Shown one piece after another: positions 38,771 to 50,182 of a stretch of 64,000 bases of DNA. The stretch's first letter is position 1. Each line of letters opens with the position of its first letter. The DNA lies in contig OZ316892.1 of assembly GCA_973895155.1 (NCBI GenBank), forward strand, positions 20,161,869-20,225,868, given 5' to 3'. The notes under the pieces are model-generated. The model searched no databases and had not been told where the DNA came from. It saw only the letters and a program-made list of their open reading frames with translations. The stretch comes from Marsupella aquatica (Eukaryota > Plantae > Marchantiophyta). A program made the position numbers and the translations under genes.

Positions 38771-40480
38771 CAACTCTGCCTCAGCTGTTTATTCCAATCA
38801 CTCGATTTAGCCTCGCATTAGACTTAAAAGTTGGTTGGTGAGGTCCCTTCTCTTTAGTTTCTTCTCGTTCTCCTACTGTCCTTATCGATTCCTTCCCCCC
38901 AAATCTTGATTGTCCTTATGAAAGTTTTTGGATGTGCGTTCGGGCCTCTTATGTTTCCTCTCATGCGCACGACTCGCGCCTGTGTCTGTGCCAATTCTTC
39001 TCTCTCTCTTCCTTTAGTCTCAGCGTTACTTTCTCAGTCTCTCTCTCTCTCTCTTCCTTTAGTCGCAGCGTTACTTTCTCAGTCTCTGCGACTATTCTTG
39101 CCTCTATTCTTTTTCTATGTGCTTTGTCATCCCATCAACGAGATGCTTCGGTCGTTGAAGGGCGTAAGGTGTTCTTCGTTTCCACCTTGGTCCTGTATTT
39201 ATGGATTTCAATTCTTCTTGTTTCTCTCGTTCCTTTCGCAGTCCTTATCGTCTTTCTGTTAAGCGACGATTTTGCTCTCAACTCCTTCCTTCCTTCAATC
39301 GATTTGTGTCTGTCCTTATCTATTTGTCTCAATTTATCTTTCAATCATCCGTTCTCTTCCGTCTCTCCTGTGCTACGCTCTTCTCTTTAGATTCTTCCTC
39401 TCTTTTCCTTTCTCTATTCAGTACTCCGTTTTTCAGTGAGAATTATAATGCGATAGATTTTGACTCGGTCTTGGATCGGGGTTCAATTTCATACTCTTCT
39501 CCATTCCATTCTCTGATCCCTGTAGGCCGGAAGTAAAACACTGTCCTTCAATCCTTATTGTTTCTCTCTCAGTTTTCAATTAGCTTTTTCGCCTGCCTCC
39601 TTAGATTACCTTCGGTGACACAGTCCTAGGATAGGTAGGAGTCCTTTCTTCTCCCTGTCTTTATGAGTTTCCTCTGCGCGCTCAGTTCTCCTCTACCATC
39701 TCATTGCACTTTCAATTTTGTTTGTGCCTTGGGCCTGCTCGACTTCTCTCTTCGATTCTCTATTCCAATCCTCTATGCTGTCTGTCTCAATCGAATGTCT
39801 TTCTTCTTCTTGTGTCTCAATCGAATGTCTTTCTTCTTCTTGAGTTGCTGGCGCCCTGCAGTTTTGTCTTATCTTTTCTCCTTCTTCTCTCTAGCTCGAA
39901 TTACTCCGACTCTGGCTTGACGGTGCAATCCAGGTCCAAATCGTCCTTCCTTCCTGAGCTAATTCAACATCTCTGAATGGACTACTTGTTTTGCATCGAC
40001 CTCTGGGTCTTATGATTTTGCTGCCCGACGCTCTGAAATTTGGAGCTAGTGACTGCTTTATCAAAAAGGGATGGCGCAATCTTTACTCCTATGTAAAACA
40101 ACTTCCACAGGCAACTGCTACTTTTACCAAATTCGTGGAGTCGGAAACAAAGGAATTAGTGCTTCATATCCTCTGTTTCGTTTCTTCATTCGGGCCACGG
40201 TAATCTAGGGACCTTATGAGGTTGCGATCTCCCTTCTCAAAACGATGTGAGTCTGTTTGAATCTTCACGGATGCTACTTGCAGGGGTCGTTCTCTCATGA
40301 ATTCCCTATTGCTGTTTTTATGAGGTAGTTCTATTCTGTTTCTTAAGTGTGCTTCCTTTCCTTTCTTCTTACGATCGATTTTTGTGTTTCTTATCCACGA
40401 TGTCCTTATGGATCTCCTTTGCTTCTACTGGCTTGCCATAGTCTCTGCAGATTCAACTCGCGATAGCTGTGCGGGATCGA
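38771..40480 (-). mobile_element. Highly degenerate retroelement-like (gag-like) remnant
   Basis: Purine-rich minus strand with K/R/E-rich fragments; no diagnostic motif. Confidence 0.3.
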
Positions 40481-40875
40481 TTTTCCATGCACGTGGAAGC
40501 AAATTTCTGGTGGATTCCAATCTATTGGCCGACGTATCATCGGCGAAGGATAAAGTTCTTAGACGTGGAAAATTTGGTGTACGCATCGGCACCTGACATG
40601 CGCCTTCTGAGGTCCTGCAGACAATGTGTATTGTAGAGTCACGGACAGAAACGAGTGCTTGCATACAAATTAACACCTTGTGGAACCTTTGGGAAAAGCA
40701 TTGGCACCCGACATGCACCTTCTGAGGTCCAGCAGAAAATGTGCATTGTAGCACTCAAAGACAGAAACGCGTGCTGGTTTACCTTTAATTTGGCTAATTT
40801 TGGCCACTAAAATAACCGTGGAATAGGGGTCAGACTAGCCAGAGCAGCCTATACACAGAGTACAAGAAACGTTTT

Positions 40876-41197
40876 CTTTTTGCCTTGAAAACCGAAAGCA
40901 GGCCCATCCAACAGAGGATAGACGTCCTGCTTTGGAGCATGCATTTCTATGTAGGGCAGCCACAACGGGACAATACCCGGGGATCCGACAAGGACCCAAA
41001 CCAGGAGGGAGAGAGGATTAAACCAGAACCCAAAGTGGGCAACCAGGGCTGAGGAGATAATCAATACTCCCACCACTACACCCCACCCACACACACACAC
41101 ATACCCTCCACACCCCTTATGTGTGGAGGGAGGATTGAACCTGGGACCTCTCGGTTCTAGGCTCATCCTCTGGCCAACTGACCAAAGCCAGTTAGTT
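40876..41197 (-). mobile_element. tRNA-derived SINE (322 bp) with 15-bp TSD
   Basis: TSD tacaagaaacgtttt at 40861-40875 and 41198-41212; A-box-like tggtcagttgg, B-box ggttcaatcc and A-rich tail; empty site in the paralogous copy at ~50826-50841. Confidence 0.88.
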
Positions 41198-41841
41198 TAC
41201 AAGAAACGTTTTTGTACAACTGCCAGCCTACTGAAAGTGTGGGGCACAAAAATCCATCATACTATTGACAGTGTACAGGACTCGGCCTAGACTGCCGAAA
41301 AAGAGCCAATACACCCAACCAATAATTTACTTTCTCTGTTTCTTTTAGAACTACTTGTTGACGACCATGTGCTTGCTCACAGGAACTTCTAGGAAGCTGC
41401 ATTTAGGTCTCGGTTGCTCATGTCGGTTGACTTATGACCCATGTTGGGGCAGCCGTGTTTCCTTTTAAACAAATGCCATCCAACAAATACCTTAACATCA
41501 CAGTCAGTGGCTAGAACAAATCACAACTGAATCGCTTTGTTGGTGTCAACAGTCGGGACACGGTAGACCATATAACAATTATGGGGTGACGGAGAGAGAT
41601 CAGGGTCCCAGTATAGTGGCTTAATTTGCGTCATCTCCCTTCTTGAGTGATCGGATCGGGGATTGGATTCAAAATTATTTTGGGATGCATAATTACTGCA
41701 AATAGTTATCTACATACAGTCTGTAGAGGTTTCCGAGGTACCGGTAAATGATTCCTCACTACTGACGTCGAGGATCTGGTGTTTTGCTATTACTCCTGTG
41801 CGAATCAACGTGTTCATCTAGAGGAAGGTATTATTAACTTA

Positions 41842-42800
41842 CTAGCTCAATACCCGTGCGTTGCACAAAAAAAGTCAAATCGGCCATTAAAAAAATGTCA
41901 TTTCAGAGGTCGTTGAGAGAAAATATGTCATATCGGCCAACAGGTCGTGGAGAGAAAAGATGTCGTGTCAGCCAAGAGGTCGTTGAGAAAAAATGTGTCG
42001 TGTCGGCCAAGAAGTCGTTTGAGAAAAAAGATGTCATGTCGGCCAAGATGTCGTCAAGAAAAAAATTGTCAGGTCGGCCAAGATGTCATTGAGAAAAAGA
42101 TGTTGTGTTGGCAAAGATGTCATTGAGAGAAAAGATGTTGTGTCAGCCAAGACATTGTTGAGGGAAAATACCTGTGCATTGCACAAAAGATGTCGTGTTG
42201 CTCAAGATGTTGTTATGTGAAAGATGTCATGAAATAAAAAGATGTTGAACATTAAGTAAAAAGAAGTAATTTTGCCAAAGATGCCATTATGTGAAAGATG
42301 GTGATAAGAAAAAGGTGTCATTTTGCCAAAGATATCGTGAAGTAAAAGATGTTATAAGAAAAAAGATGTCGTTTCACCCAAGTTGTCGTTATGGGAAAGA
42401 TGTTATGAAGTAAAAAGTCAAGGAGATCGAGAAGGAGCAAGTCTTTTTCTTTGTTTTGTTTTTCACCCAAAATACCCTTGCATTTGATTTACTAAAAGAT
42501 ATTGTTTGTGAAAAGATGTCAATGCATAACAGATGAGGTTGTGCTAAAGATGTAGTTGAGAAAAATTACCATGTTGCTAAAGATAGCTTGAGTAAAAGAT
42601 TTTGTTTGTTAGAAAGATCTCAATTGATGCATAAAAGATGTTGTTGAGTAAAAGATATCATGACTCAAAAGAGAGGCCACATCAACCACCAAAGTACAAC
42701 ACAGTGACAATGATTTTTCTCTTTGTTTTTGTCATTTTTTCCTTTCAAAACTCAACAAACCACCCCCCCTTTGGTTCCCTCTGTTTGATTACTTTTTGGT
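41842..42800 (-). mobile_element. Non-autonomous Helitron-like element (3' end)
   Basis: Minus-strand gtgcaacgcac hairpin followed by ...gagCTAG|T at 41842; internal aagatgtcgt short repeats. Confidence 0.6.
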
Positions 42801-43101
42801 CTCTTTTTCTCTCATTGATTAGATTATGCCCTACAACCCCAATTTAAGGAAAACCGAACTTTGGAAATTCCAAAAATCACTAAATATTATTATTTTAATA
42901 AAAGGGGGCGACATGACGCGTGGCTGCGCGTGAAACTCTGAAAATGACTGCAACGTCACATTTTAACCAATCCAACTTGACGGGACCAAGAGACATGCTC
43001 ACGCGAATAATAATAATAGAGAAATAAATCTTTGAGATCCTTTATATATGATAACCAGTATATAAGGAGTTTACAAATGGTTTCTAGAACGACAATACAA
43101 A

Positions 43102-43850
43102 TTAATCTGATCTCATGCCGACTATTATTTTGGAAGCGTCCAAAATTGGACGTCTGTTAAATTGCTCTACTAGATATCTATCTCCATGCCTCTGAATCAC
43201 AGGGTCTTCCCATAGAGTATGATTATAATCATAATCTCTAAAAATAGATTTAACTGACCAATCAGGATAATCTCTTCCATTGGCAATGACAAGTGGCTCA
43301 CAAGAGTTTGCTAGCTTGCTAAGATACGGAATCAACAAGTTAATCAAGAAACTGTCGTCGACCGACCCAAAATATTTGGGCAGAAATAATGATCCAACAA
43401 CAAGATCTAAACAAGCATGAAATGCATCGGATTTGATAAGCATTATATTTTGCTGCAGATACGCCTTCGTATAAATTCCAACCTTCTCAAAACACTTCAA
43501 AAATATCCACTTATTTGATGTTATCCCATCGCATAAGTAACAATGAGACTGATCCCAAATATACTTAAATGAGGCCATTTCCATTGCAGTAAAAATAGAT
43601 GCTAAAATCTGATCTAAAAGGTTCTTCCCAAGAGAGGACCAGATCTCTACATCGAAATTCTCAAAATAGAATCTCAAGAATTTGTGAAGATGAGGCCTTG
43701 GAAAAACGTATATATTCCCAATCCGAATTCTAGTTGAGACCGCCATCAGTCAGGAATGCAGTGCAGTGTAACAGAGTACATGCTCCACATCTAAAACTAT
43801 GAGCCCATTTTCTCTACTGCAATGAATCTCTTGTAGAGAAACACAAGAAG
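43102..43850 (-). pseudogene. FCP1-like domain 3 with one in-frame stop at 43750
   Basis: LIVLDVEHVL, PRPHLHKFL, VEIWSS and DDSFLINLLIPYL. Confidence 0.7.
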
Positions 43851-43916
43851 ATGCATGAGCCCGTATGGATGTAGTCACGCGAATGGTCGCGTCACATATT
43901 ACAGAGACAACATCCT

Positions 43917-44292
43917 CTACACTCTGGCCATTAAGTGATGTTTGTTGAAGTGCTTGATAAGAACTTGATCCGCATGTCTCTGCATGTACAGATGCTCCCA
44001 TATATCCTCGTTCAGATCCCAATCTCGATGTAGATTTCTAATCGACCAGATGGGATAATCAAACTTGTTAGCGAACGCAAGACAAAGCCCTGAATTTGAT
44101 AGCTTTCGTAAATATGGAATGAGGTCATCCCTCAAAAATACATCATCCAACGATCCTTGAAATGACTTAGCGAACAATAATCCGCATACAGCTGTCTGGC
44201 ATGTATGGGAAGGACAGGCATCAATCTGGATTATATTCTCTGGTCGCTAATCTTGAAACATATCACGTAGTCTCTCGATAGATTTGAAGACA
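43917..44292 (-). pseudogene. FCP1-like domain 2, C-terminal half
   Basis: VFKSIERLRDMFQD*RPENIIQIDA...DDVFLRDDLIPYL. Confidence 0.7.
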
Positions 44293-46970
44293 ACATGTCC
44301 TCTACCTCCATGAGAGATGAAAGTAAAAAAGGGCGATCCTCAATAAGAAAATGATCAGCCAACAATGAGAAGGCGGCCGCCCACGCACCCAAAAAGGCCA
44401 AAGGTGAAAGGCTCTCAATGGAAGTAAGCCCAAAACCACCCTGCGAAATAGGAAGACTGAGTTGTTGATGAAGCCACGGAGATGAGAGCAACATACCCGG
44501 CCCCAAAAGAAAGGCCAGGGTCTGACGAATGGAGACATCAAATGCTCGAAGGTGGAGACAAAGATCCTCGGTAGGGGGATGCGTCCTAGCCAGATAAGAC
44601 GCACGAGGGTGGATGCACCTCAACAACATCCCAAATGCTGCCTGAGAATCTGCTAACTTAGGGAGCATAGGAGTAGAGGCTAAGGCAACCTGTAGAGAGT
44701 CAGCGATGAAAGAGGAGCAAAAGGAGGCGGTACCGACTGGGGAGCCAAGGACCCGAAGACCATCGGCTGGACATAAGAACCCTGGGGGAAGCGCAAGATC
44801 AGAGGGTAACCCAGCTGGACTCCATGCACGACTCTTCACAGGCTGAACTCGTAAACCGAGGCCCATCAAATGGGTGGAAAGAGTGGCAAGGATAGAAGTA
44901 ACCGCGGCAGGAGGACCAATGATGTGGGTGTCATCTGAAAGGGAGGGGAAGATACACTGGGGGTGGGCCATGGCGGCTTCCCGTAAAGCTGTAAAATGGG
45001 CAATGGCAAAAAGAGGCCCACCCAAAGGGTCACCCTGACGAGTACCTTCTGCAGAGGAAAGAGTGGTATACACACCTGTAGAGGAGTGATGACTATAGAA
45101 GAGTGGGGCCTTGAGTCCATAAAAACAACGGACAAAGGGGATCAGGGACTGGATGTCTGGATCCGCCGCCCTCAAAGCACGAAAAATGGCTGCCCGAGAA
45201 ACCGTATTAAAAGCGTTAGAGACATCAACCTGGAGGACAACCCAATCAGGATGGAGATCCAAGGTAGCTCGAATACCCGCAATAACTGTCTCACAACCGC
45301 CAGGAACGCCAACAGCAAACTGATGCGGAGAGAGATGATCCGATAGTGCAGAGCGAAACTGTGAGGAAAGTGTGCGAGACACAAGCCGAAGAAAAACCTC
45401 CCCAATAGCAATTGGCCGAACACCCGGTGAAGACTTAGCCATGGCCAATAAACGAGAAGCACTCAAGAGCCAAGAGATGGGAGGAGGCAAACGACCGGCT
45501 GCAATACACTGGCAAAAGGAGAAGAAAACTGGAAAACCCAACTGAGGATCCTCAGGGGGGAATAAATCCCAAAAATGCTCAAAGACATAGCCGGAGGGGC
45601 CACCAGCAACGCAACGCGGGGCATGGAGGAAGGCATAGGTGAAGTGGTCCCGACTAAACTGAAGATCCTCCTCAGGCTCAAAATCATCTACGAACAAAGG
45701 GAGCTGATCATGGGGCTGCGGATGGAGATCCTGAAGGGCCGACGAGGTGACCTCGCCTGGGGGGGGCTGGTGTGGTGGAAGAAAGGGCCTGGACAGCCCG
45801 ACGATATTCACCAGCCTGGGCTAAACGACAAGAGCGACGAAGACGTCTATGCTCAGGGGGATGAGAGTGGCGGGTTGGGTCAGACAAAGCACTGGCGATA
45901 AAAGACCGGGCGCGAAGAAAGTACTCTTCCTAAAGTTGCTCCCAATCTCCCCGCAAAAAACGATGGATACGAGAGGCAGTCTCATGGTGACCCACACGAC
46001 CACCATGACTAGGGAGGGTAAGAGACCACTAAGCATCAGTAAAGACCAGTAAGAGACCTCCATAGGATGCGCCAAGATAAGCTGCATGAGTTGCAACAAG
46101 GAGGATCGAACTAAAGGGCGCAGCACCAGAGGAATGTGGTTATAAAGGCGAGGTCTAATGTACCCTGGATGGTAGGCTGGAAGGGGGTCTAGAGTGCGAA
46201 CCCAGCTCCATGCCTGCTCGGGAGCCTCCAAGGAGGGAGGGGCAGAGCTAACCGGGTCAATAGGGGGCTGAGGCTGGGATTGTGCTTGCTGGCGACGATG
46301 GCACCGGCCCCGCCCACGATGATGAGGGAGGGAGATGCCAACCCATCCACAGTCAGGAAAAGTATGCAGGGGACGCTCGTCCGAGGAGGGAGCAGGGAAA
46401 GACTAGACAGGAGGTGGGGGTGGAACAGATGTGGACGAGGAGGCCGGAGGAGGATGATGAATGGGTGGAGAGGGAATGGGGTGGGGAGAGGAGCCAGGGC
46501 GACGATGGGGTGGGCAGTAGATGGGGGGGACTGGTAGAGCATCAGGCATGGGGTCATCACGAAGATGAGAGAGATCCAGTGAAGAAGAGGAAACACGAAG
46601 ACGGCCACGAGGGGGAGGGGAGGACGGGGGAGAAGTGTGGGGTGGGGCTGGGCGCTTGCCCCGCGCCAACACTCTCAACGCAGACATGACAAGCCGCAAT
46701 CCGATAAAAGCAAAAACGCATCAAGAAGCGACAAAAGGCCCAACCGAGGCAGGTGAAAAGAAAGGGGAGGCGATGGAGAGAGCCCACCGCATCAGGCCGA
46801 GAAACGGCGCCACCGCTAGCCTAGGAAACCGTTGAGCAGGTGCAGGAACAGTAAGGAACAAAGCTGAAGCGCCCGTCGAGCTGTCTGTTGGGGAGGCGAC
46901 GCGAGTGAAGATCCGTCCTTTGGATTGAGCATGCGGCTACAACTCCCGAAGGTGACAACCAATTGGAGGA
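44293..46970 (-). mobile_element. CRE-like non-LTR retrotransposon, 3'-truncated at the inversion breakpoint; RT ORF 45811 to 44293
   Basis: VRPIAIGEVFLRLV, QFAVG..GGCE, DVSNAFN, QGDPLG, SLSDDTHI, LGSPVG and LPISQGGFGL; no APE domain seen. The 5' limit is approximate. Confidence 0.8.
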
Positions 46971-47014
46971 GAAAGCGATGGCCTAAAGCCGATGTGACAC
47001 GCTCATACGTTGAC

Positions 47015-48420
47015 CCAAATCGAGTCGTGAAGACGCCAAGATTGCCAAACGCGCAGCCAATGTGAAAAAATGGCGAAACCTAAATCGGACGTAACTCGCT
47101 CAATTGGTGACCCTTGGGGGCGCAATTCATATCGATTTTCACCGCCTCACCAAGATCTTTCCAAAGCCGTCAAGAACACCCAGATCCAAAACTCCTGGAG
47201 AAAGTTACGACTCAAATTGAGTCGCGAAATCGCCAAAATCGTCAAACTCGCAAAAAAAGTGAAAAAACGGCGAAACCTAAATCCGATGTAACTCGGTCAT
47301 AGGGTGACCGTTTGGGGCGCAAGTCGTATCGATCTTCACCGCCTCGCCAATATCTTTCCAAAGCCGTCAAGAACACCTAGATCCAAAACTCCTGGAGAAA
47401 GTTATGACTCAAATTGAGTCACGAAATCGCCAAAATCGTCAAACTCGCAAAAAAAGTGAAAAAACGGCGAACCTAAATCCGATGTAACTCGGTCATAGGG
47501 TGACCGTTTGGGGCGCAAGTCGTATCGATCTTCACCGCCTCGCCAATATCTTTCCAAAGCCGTCAAGAACACCTAGATCCAAAACTCCTGGAGAAAGTTA
47601 TGACTCAAATTGAGTCACGAAATCGCCAAAATCGTCAAACTCGCAAAAAAAGTGAAAAAACGGCGAACCTAAATCCGATGTAACTCGGTCATAGGGTGAC
47701 CGTTTGGGGCGCAAGTCGTATCGATCTTCACCGCCTCGCCAATATCTTTCCAAAGCCGTCAAGAACACCTAGATCCAAAACTCCTGGAGAAAGTTATGAC
47801 TCAAATTGAGTCACGAAATCGCCAAAATCATCAAACGCGCAAAAAAAGTGAAAAAACGACGAAACCTAAATCCGATGTAACTCGGTCATAGGGTGACCGT
47901 TTGGGGCGCAAGTCGTATCGATCTTCACCGACTCACCAATATCTTTCCAAAGCCGTCAAGAACTCCCAGATCCGAAACTCCTGGAGAAAGTTACGACCCA
48001 AATTGAGTCACGAAATCGCCCAAATCGCCAAACGCACAGAAAAAGTGAAAAAAATGGCGAAACTTAAATCCGATGTAACTCGCTCATACGGTAACCGTTT
48101 GGGGCGCAAGTCGTATCGATCTTCACCGCCTCGCCAAGATCTTTCCAAAGCCGTCAAGAACTCCCAAATCCGAAACTCCCGGAGAAAGTTACGACCCAAA
48201 TTGAGTCGCGAAATCGTCAAAATCGCCAAACGTGCAGAAAAAGTGAAAAAACGGCGAAACTTAAATCCGATGTAATTCGCTCATACGGTGACCGTTTGGG
48301 GCGCAAGTCGTATCGATCTTCACCGCCTCGTCAAGATCTTTCCAAAGTCGTCAAGAACTCCCAAATCCGAATCTCCCGGAGAAAATTATGACCCAAATTG
48401 AGTCGCAAAATCTCAAAACT
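47015..48420. repeat. ~197-bp satellite-like tandem array, ~7 copies
   Basis: The cytaaatc anchor recurs at 47079, 47276, 47472, 47668, 47865, 48063 and 48260. Confidence 0.97.
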
Positions 48421-48949
48421 GTCCCGTAAAGCCTACACTGATCACCTACTCAGGACTAACACAAAACTCATACTTACATGGGGTGACTTGGAAAGCTAGA
48501 AAGGCATATAGTGCACATGCGACTTGACAGACCGCTCTTCTAGGTGCGTCACAAGTCACAACCTACAATAGATGAGCAACCGTGACCTTGGCGTCCTAAG
48601 GGCATCTTCCCAGAAGTTCAGAGGAGCAACTGCATGGTCGTCAACAAATAGTCCTCAAACCAAAACAAAATTATTGGATGGGTGTCTTGGCTCTTTTGGC
48701 TGGTCTAAGCTGACACAGTCAAAAAATATGATTGGTTTATGTGCCGATAGTTTCGGTAGGCCAGTACTTAGCTTGTACTAGAGCTTCGTGCATGTTTTCA
48801 CAGAAATCCTAAACTATAATACAAGGTTGGGCATTTTTATGAAGTGGTCGTAGTTCAAATTTGAAGTGTTCAAAAAACATTAATCATATCAAAGAAAAGG
48901 AATAAAGGTTATATTAAATTTAGTGTTAAAAAAAATAAAAAATTGCATT

Positions 48950-50182
48950 CCAAACAAGAGGGGAATCAAATGGGAGACACAAAAGGAGGGACCCAATGGG
49001 GCACACAAAACAAGAGAGGGAATGTACATGCATGAGTATCAAGGAGGATCCTGACCCATACACATGAAATACAAAAATACATAATATATATGATACTATG
49101 TATTATTGCAAGTATTACAATATTGCAAAATATAATAATAATAATTTAATTTAAATAGGTTAATTAAACACAATAGGTTAGATGACAAAGGAAAATGTCA
49201 AAAGCTATAATAAAATGTTACTTTTTTATAGTAGTCATTCAAATTTGCAATAATTATCCCAAAAATGAAAAACATGAAAGAATGATTTCCTTTGTGAATG
49301 AAAATGGAGAGCAATGTTTACAAGCAAAAAATGAATTTAATAATACAAAGAAAATAAGGAGGGTCTCTAGCAATGCAAGAGTATCAAGGAGACCTCCCTT
49401 TACCATGTACCACTATAATCTTGATTGCGTCCCTCTACAAACTAAAAAAAAGTGACAATCAATCTTGAATGTTCATCCATTCACCCCTTCTAAAAAAAAG
49501 TTTCTGCCCAAGCTACCCCTTAACCTTCCCATACCTACCACAATGAAAAAATTAATCAAAAATGTATTAAATTTATTCATATATAAATAATTGTAATTTT
49601 TTGCCCGAGATGTACTTAACAAGATCTTTTACTTCACAACATCTTTGAGTAATGACATACTTTATCTATTGACCATTTTGTACTTAACAACATCTTAATA
49701 CTTAAGTACATCTTTGGCATAACGACATCATTGGCAACATGACATCTACTTATTTGACACAATTTTTTACTTGATAACCTTTTGGGTAACATGCCATCTT
49801 TGGCAAAATGATTTCTTTTTCTTAACAACATTTTTTTTCTTCATGACATCTTTCACATAAGAACATCATTCTTAGGAAACACAACATATAATTCTCATAA
49901 GAGCATTTTGGGTGCCACAACACTTTCTTCTTAGCGACATCTTGGGGGACATGACATCTTGGGCGCCACAACATCTGTTTTCTTAACAATATCTTGGGCG
50001 CCATGATATCTTTATTTCAATGACATTTTGGGCGACACAACATCTTTTTTCTTAACGACATCTTTTGTGCAATGCACGGGTATTTTCCCTCAACGATGTC
50101 TTGGCCGACACAATATCTTTTTCTCTCAACCACCTCTTAGCTGACACGACTTCTTTTGTGCAACGCACAAGTATTGAGCTAG
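48950..50182 (+). mobile_element. Helitron-like element (second copy, 3' end CTAG at 50179-50182)
   Basis: ttgtgcaacgcacaa hairpin followed by gtattgagCTAG|T; same downstream flank as the 41842 copy. Confidence 0.6.

Larger units (their letters stand above)
40493..42800 (-). repeat. Inverted duplicate of ~48950-51730 (region upstream of the NB-ARM gene)
   Basis: 40787-41870 matches the reverse complement of ~50150-50915. 40493-40786 matches rc ~51555-51730. The aagatgtc-rich segment matches rc ~49620-50150. Confidence 0.9.
42848..44292 (-). mobile_element. Displaced right arm of the 1-17999 element
   Basis: Carries the same palindrome (42914, 43875), the C-half of FCP1-like domain 2, and FCP1-like domain 3. 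Confidence 0.7.

Noticed and set aside
41120-41197. tRNA gene
   Set aside because: It has A/B boxes but no convincing cloverleaf, and lies inside a TSD-flanked insertion, so it was called a SINE head.
44231-44292. C-terminus of the 526-aa RT ORF
   Set aside because: It is chimeric: beyond the breakpoint it reads FCP1-like DNA out of frame.
47070-48275. Basic ORFs in the satellite
   Set aside because: Unit lengths of 196-198 bp do not preserve the frame; these are repeat artefacts.
48470-48600. gtgac/gtcac-rich stretch resembling CACTA subterminal repeats
   Set aside because: No matching CACTA/TAGTG terminus of this family was found beside it.
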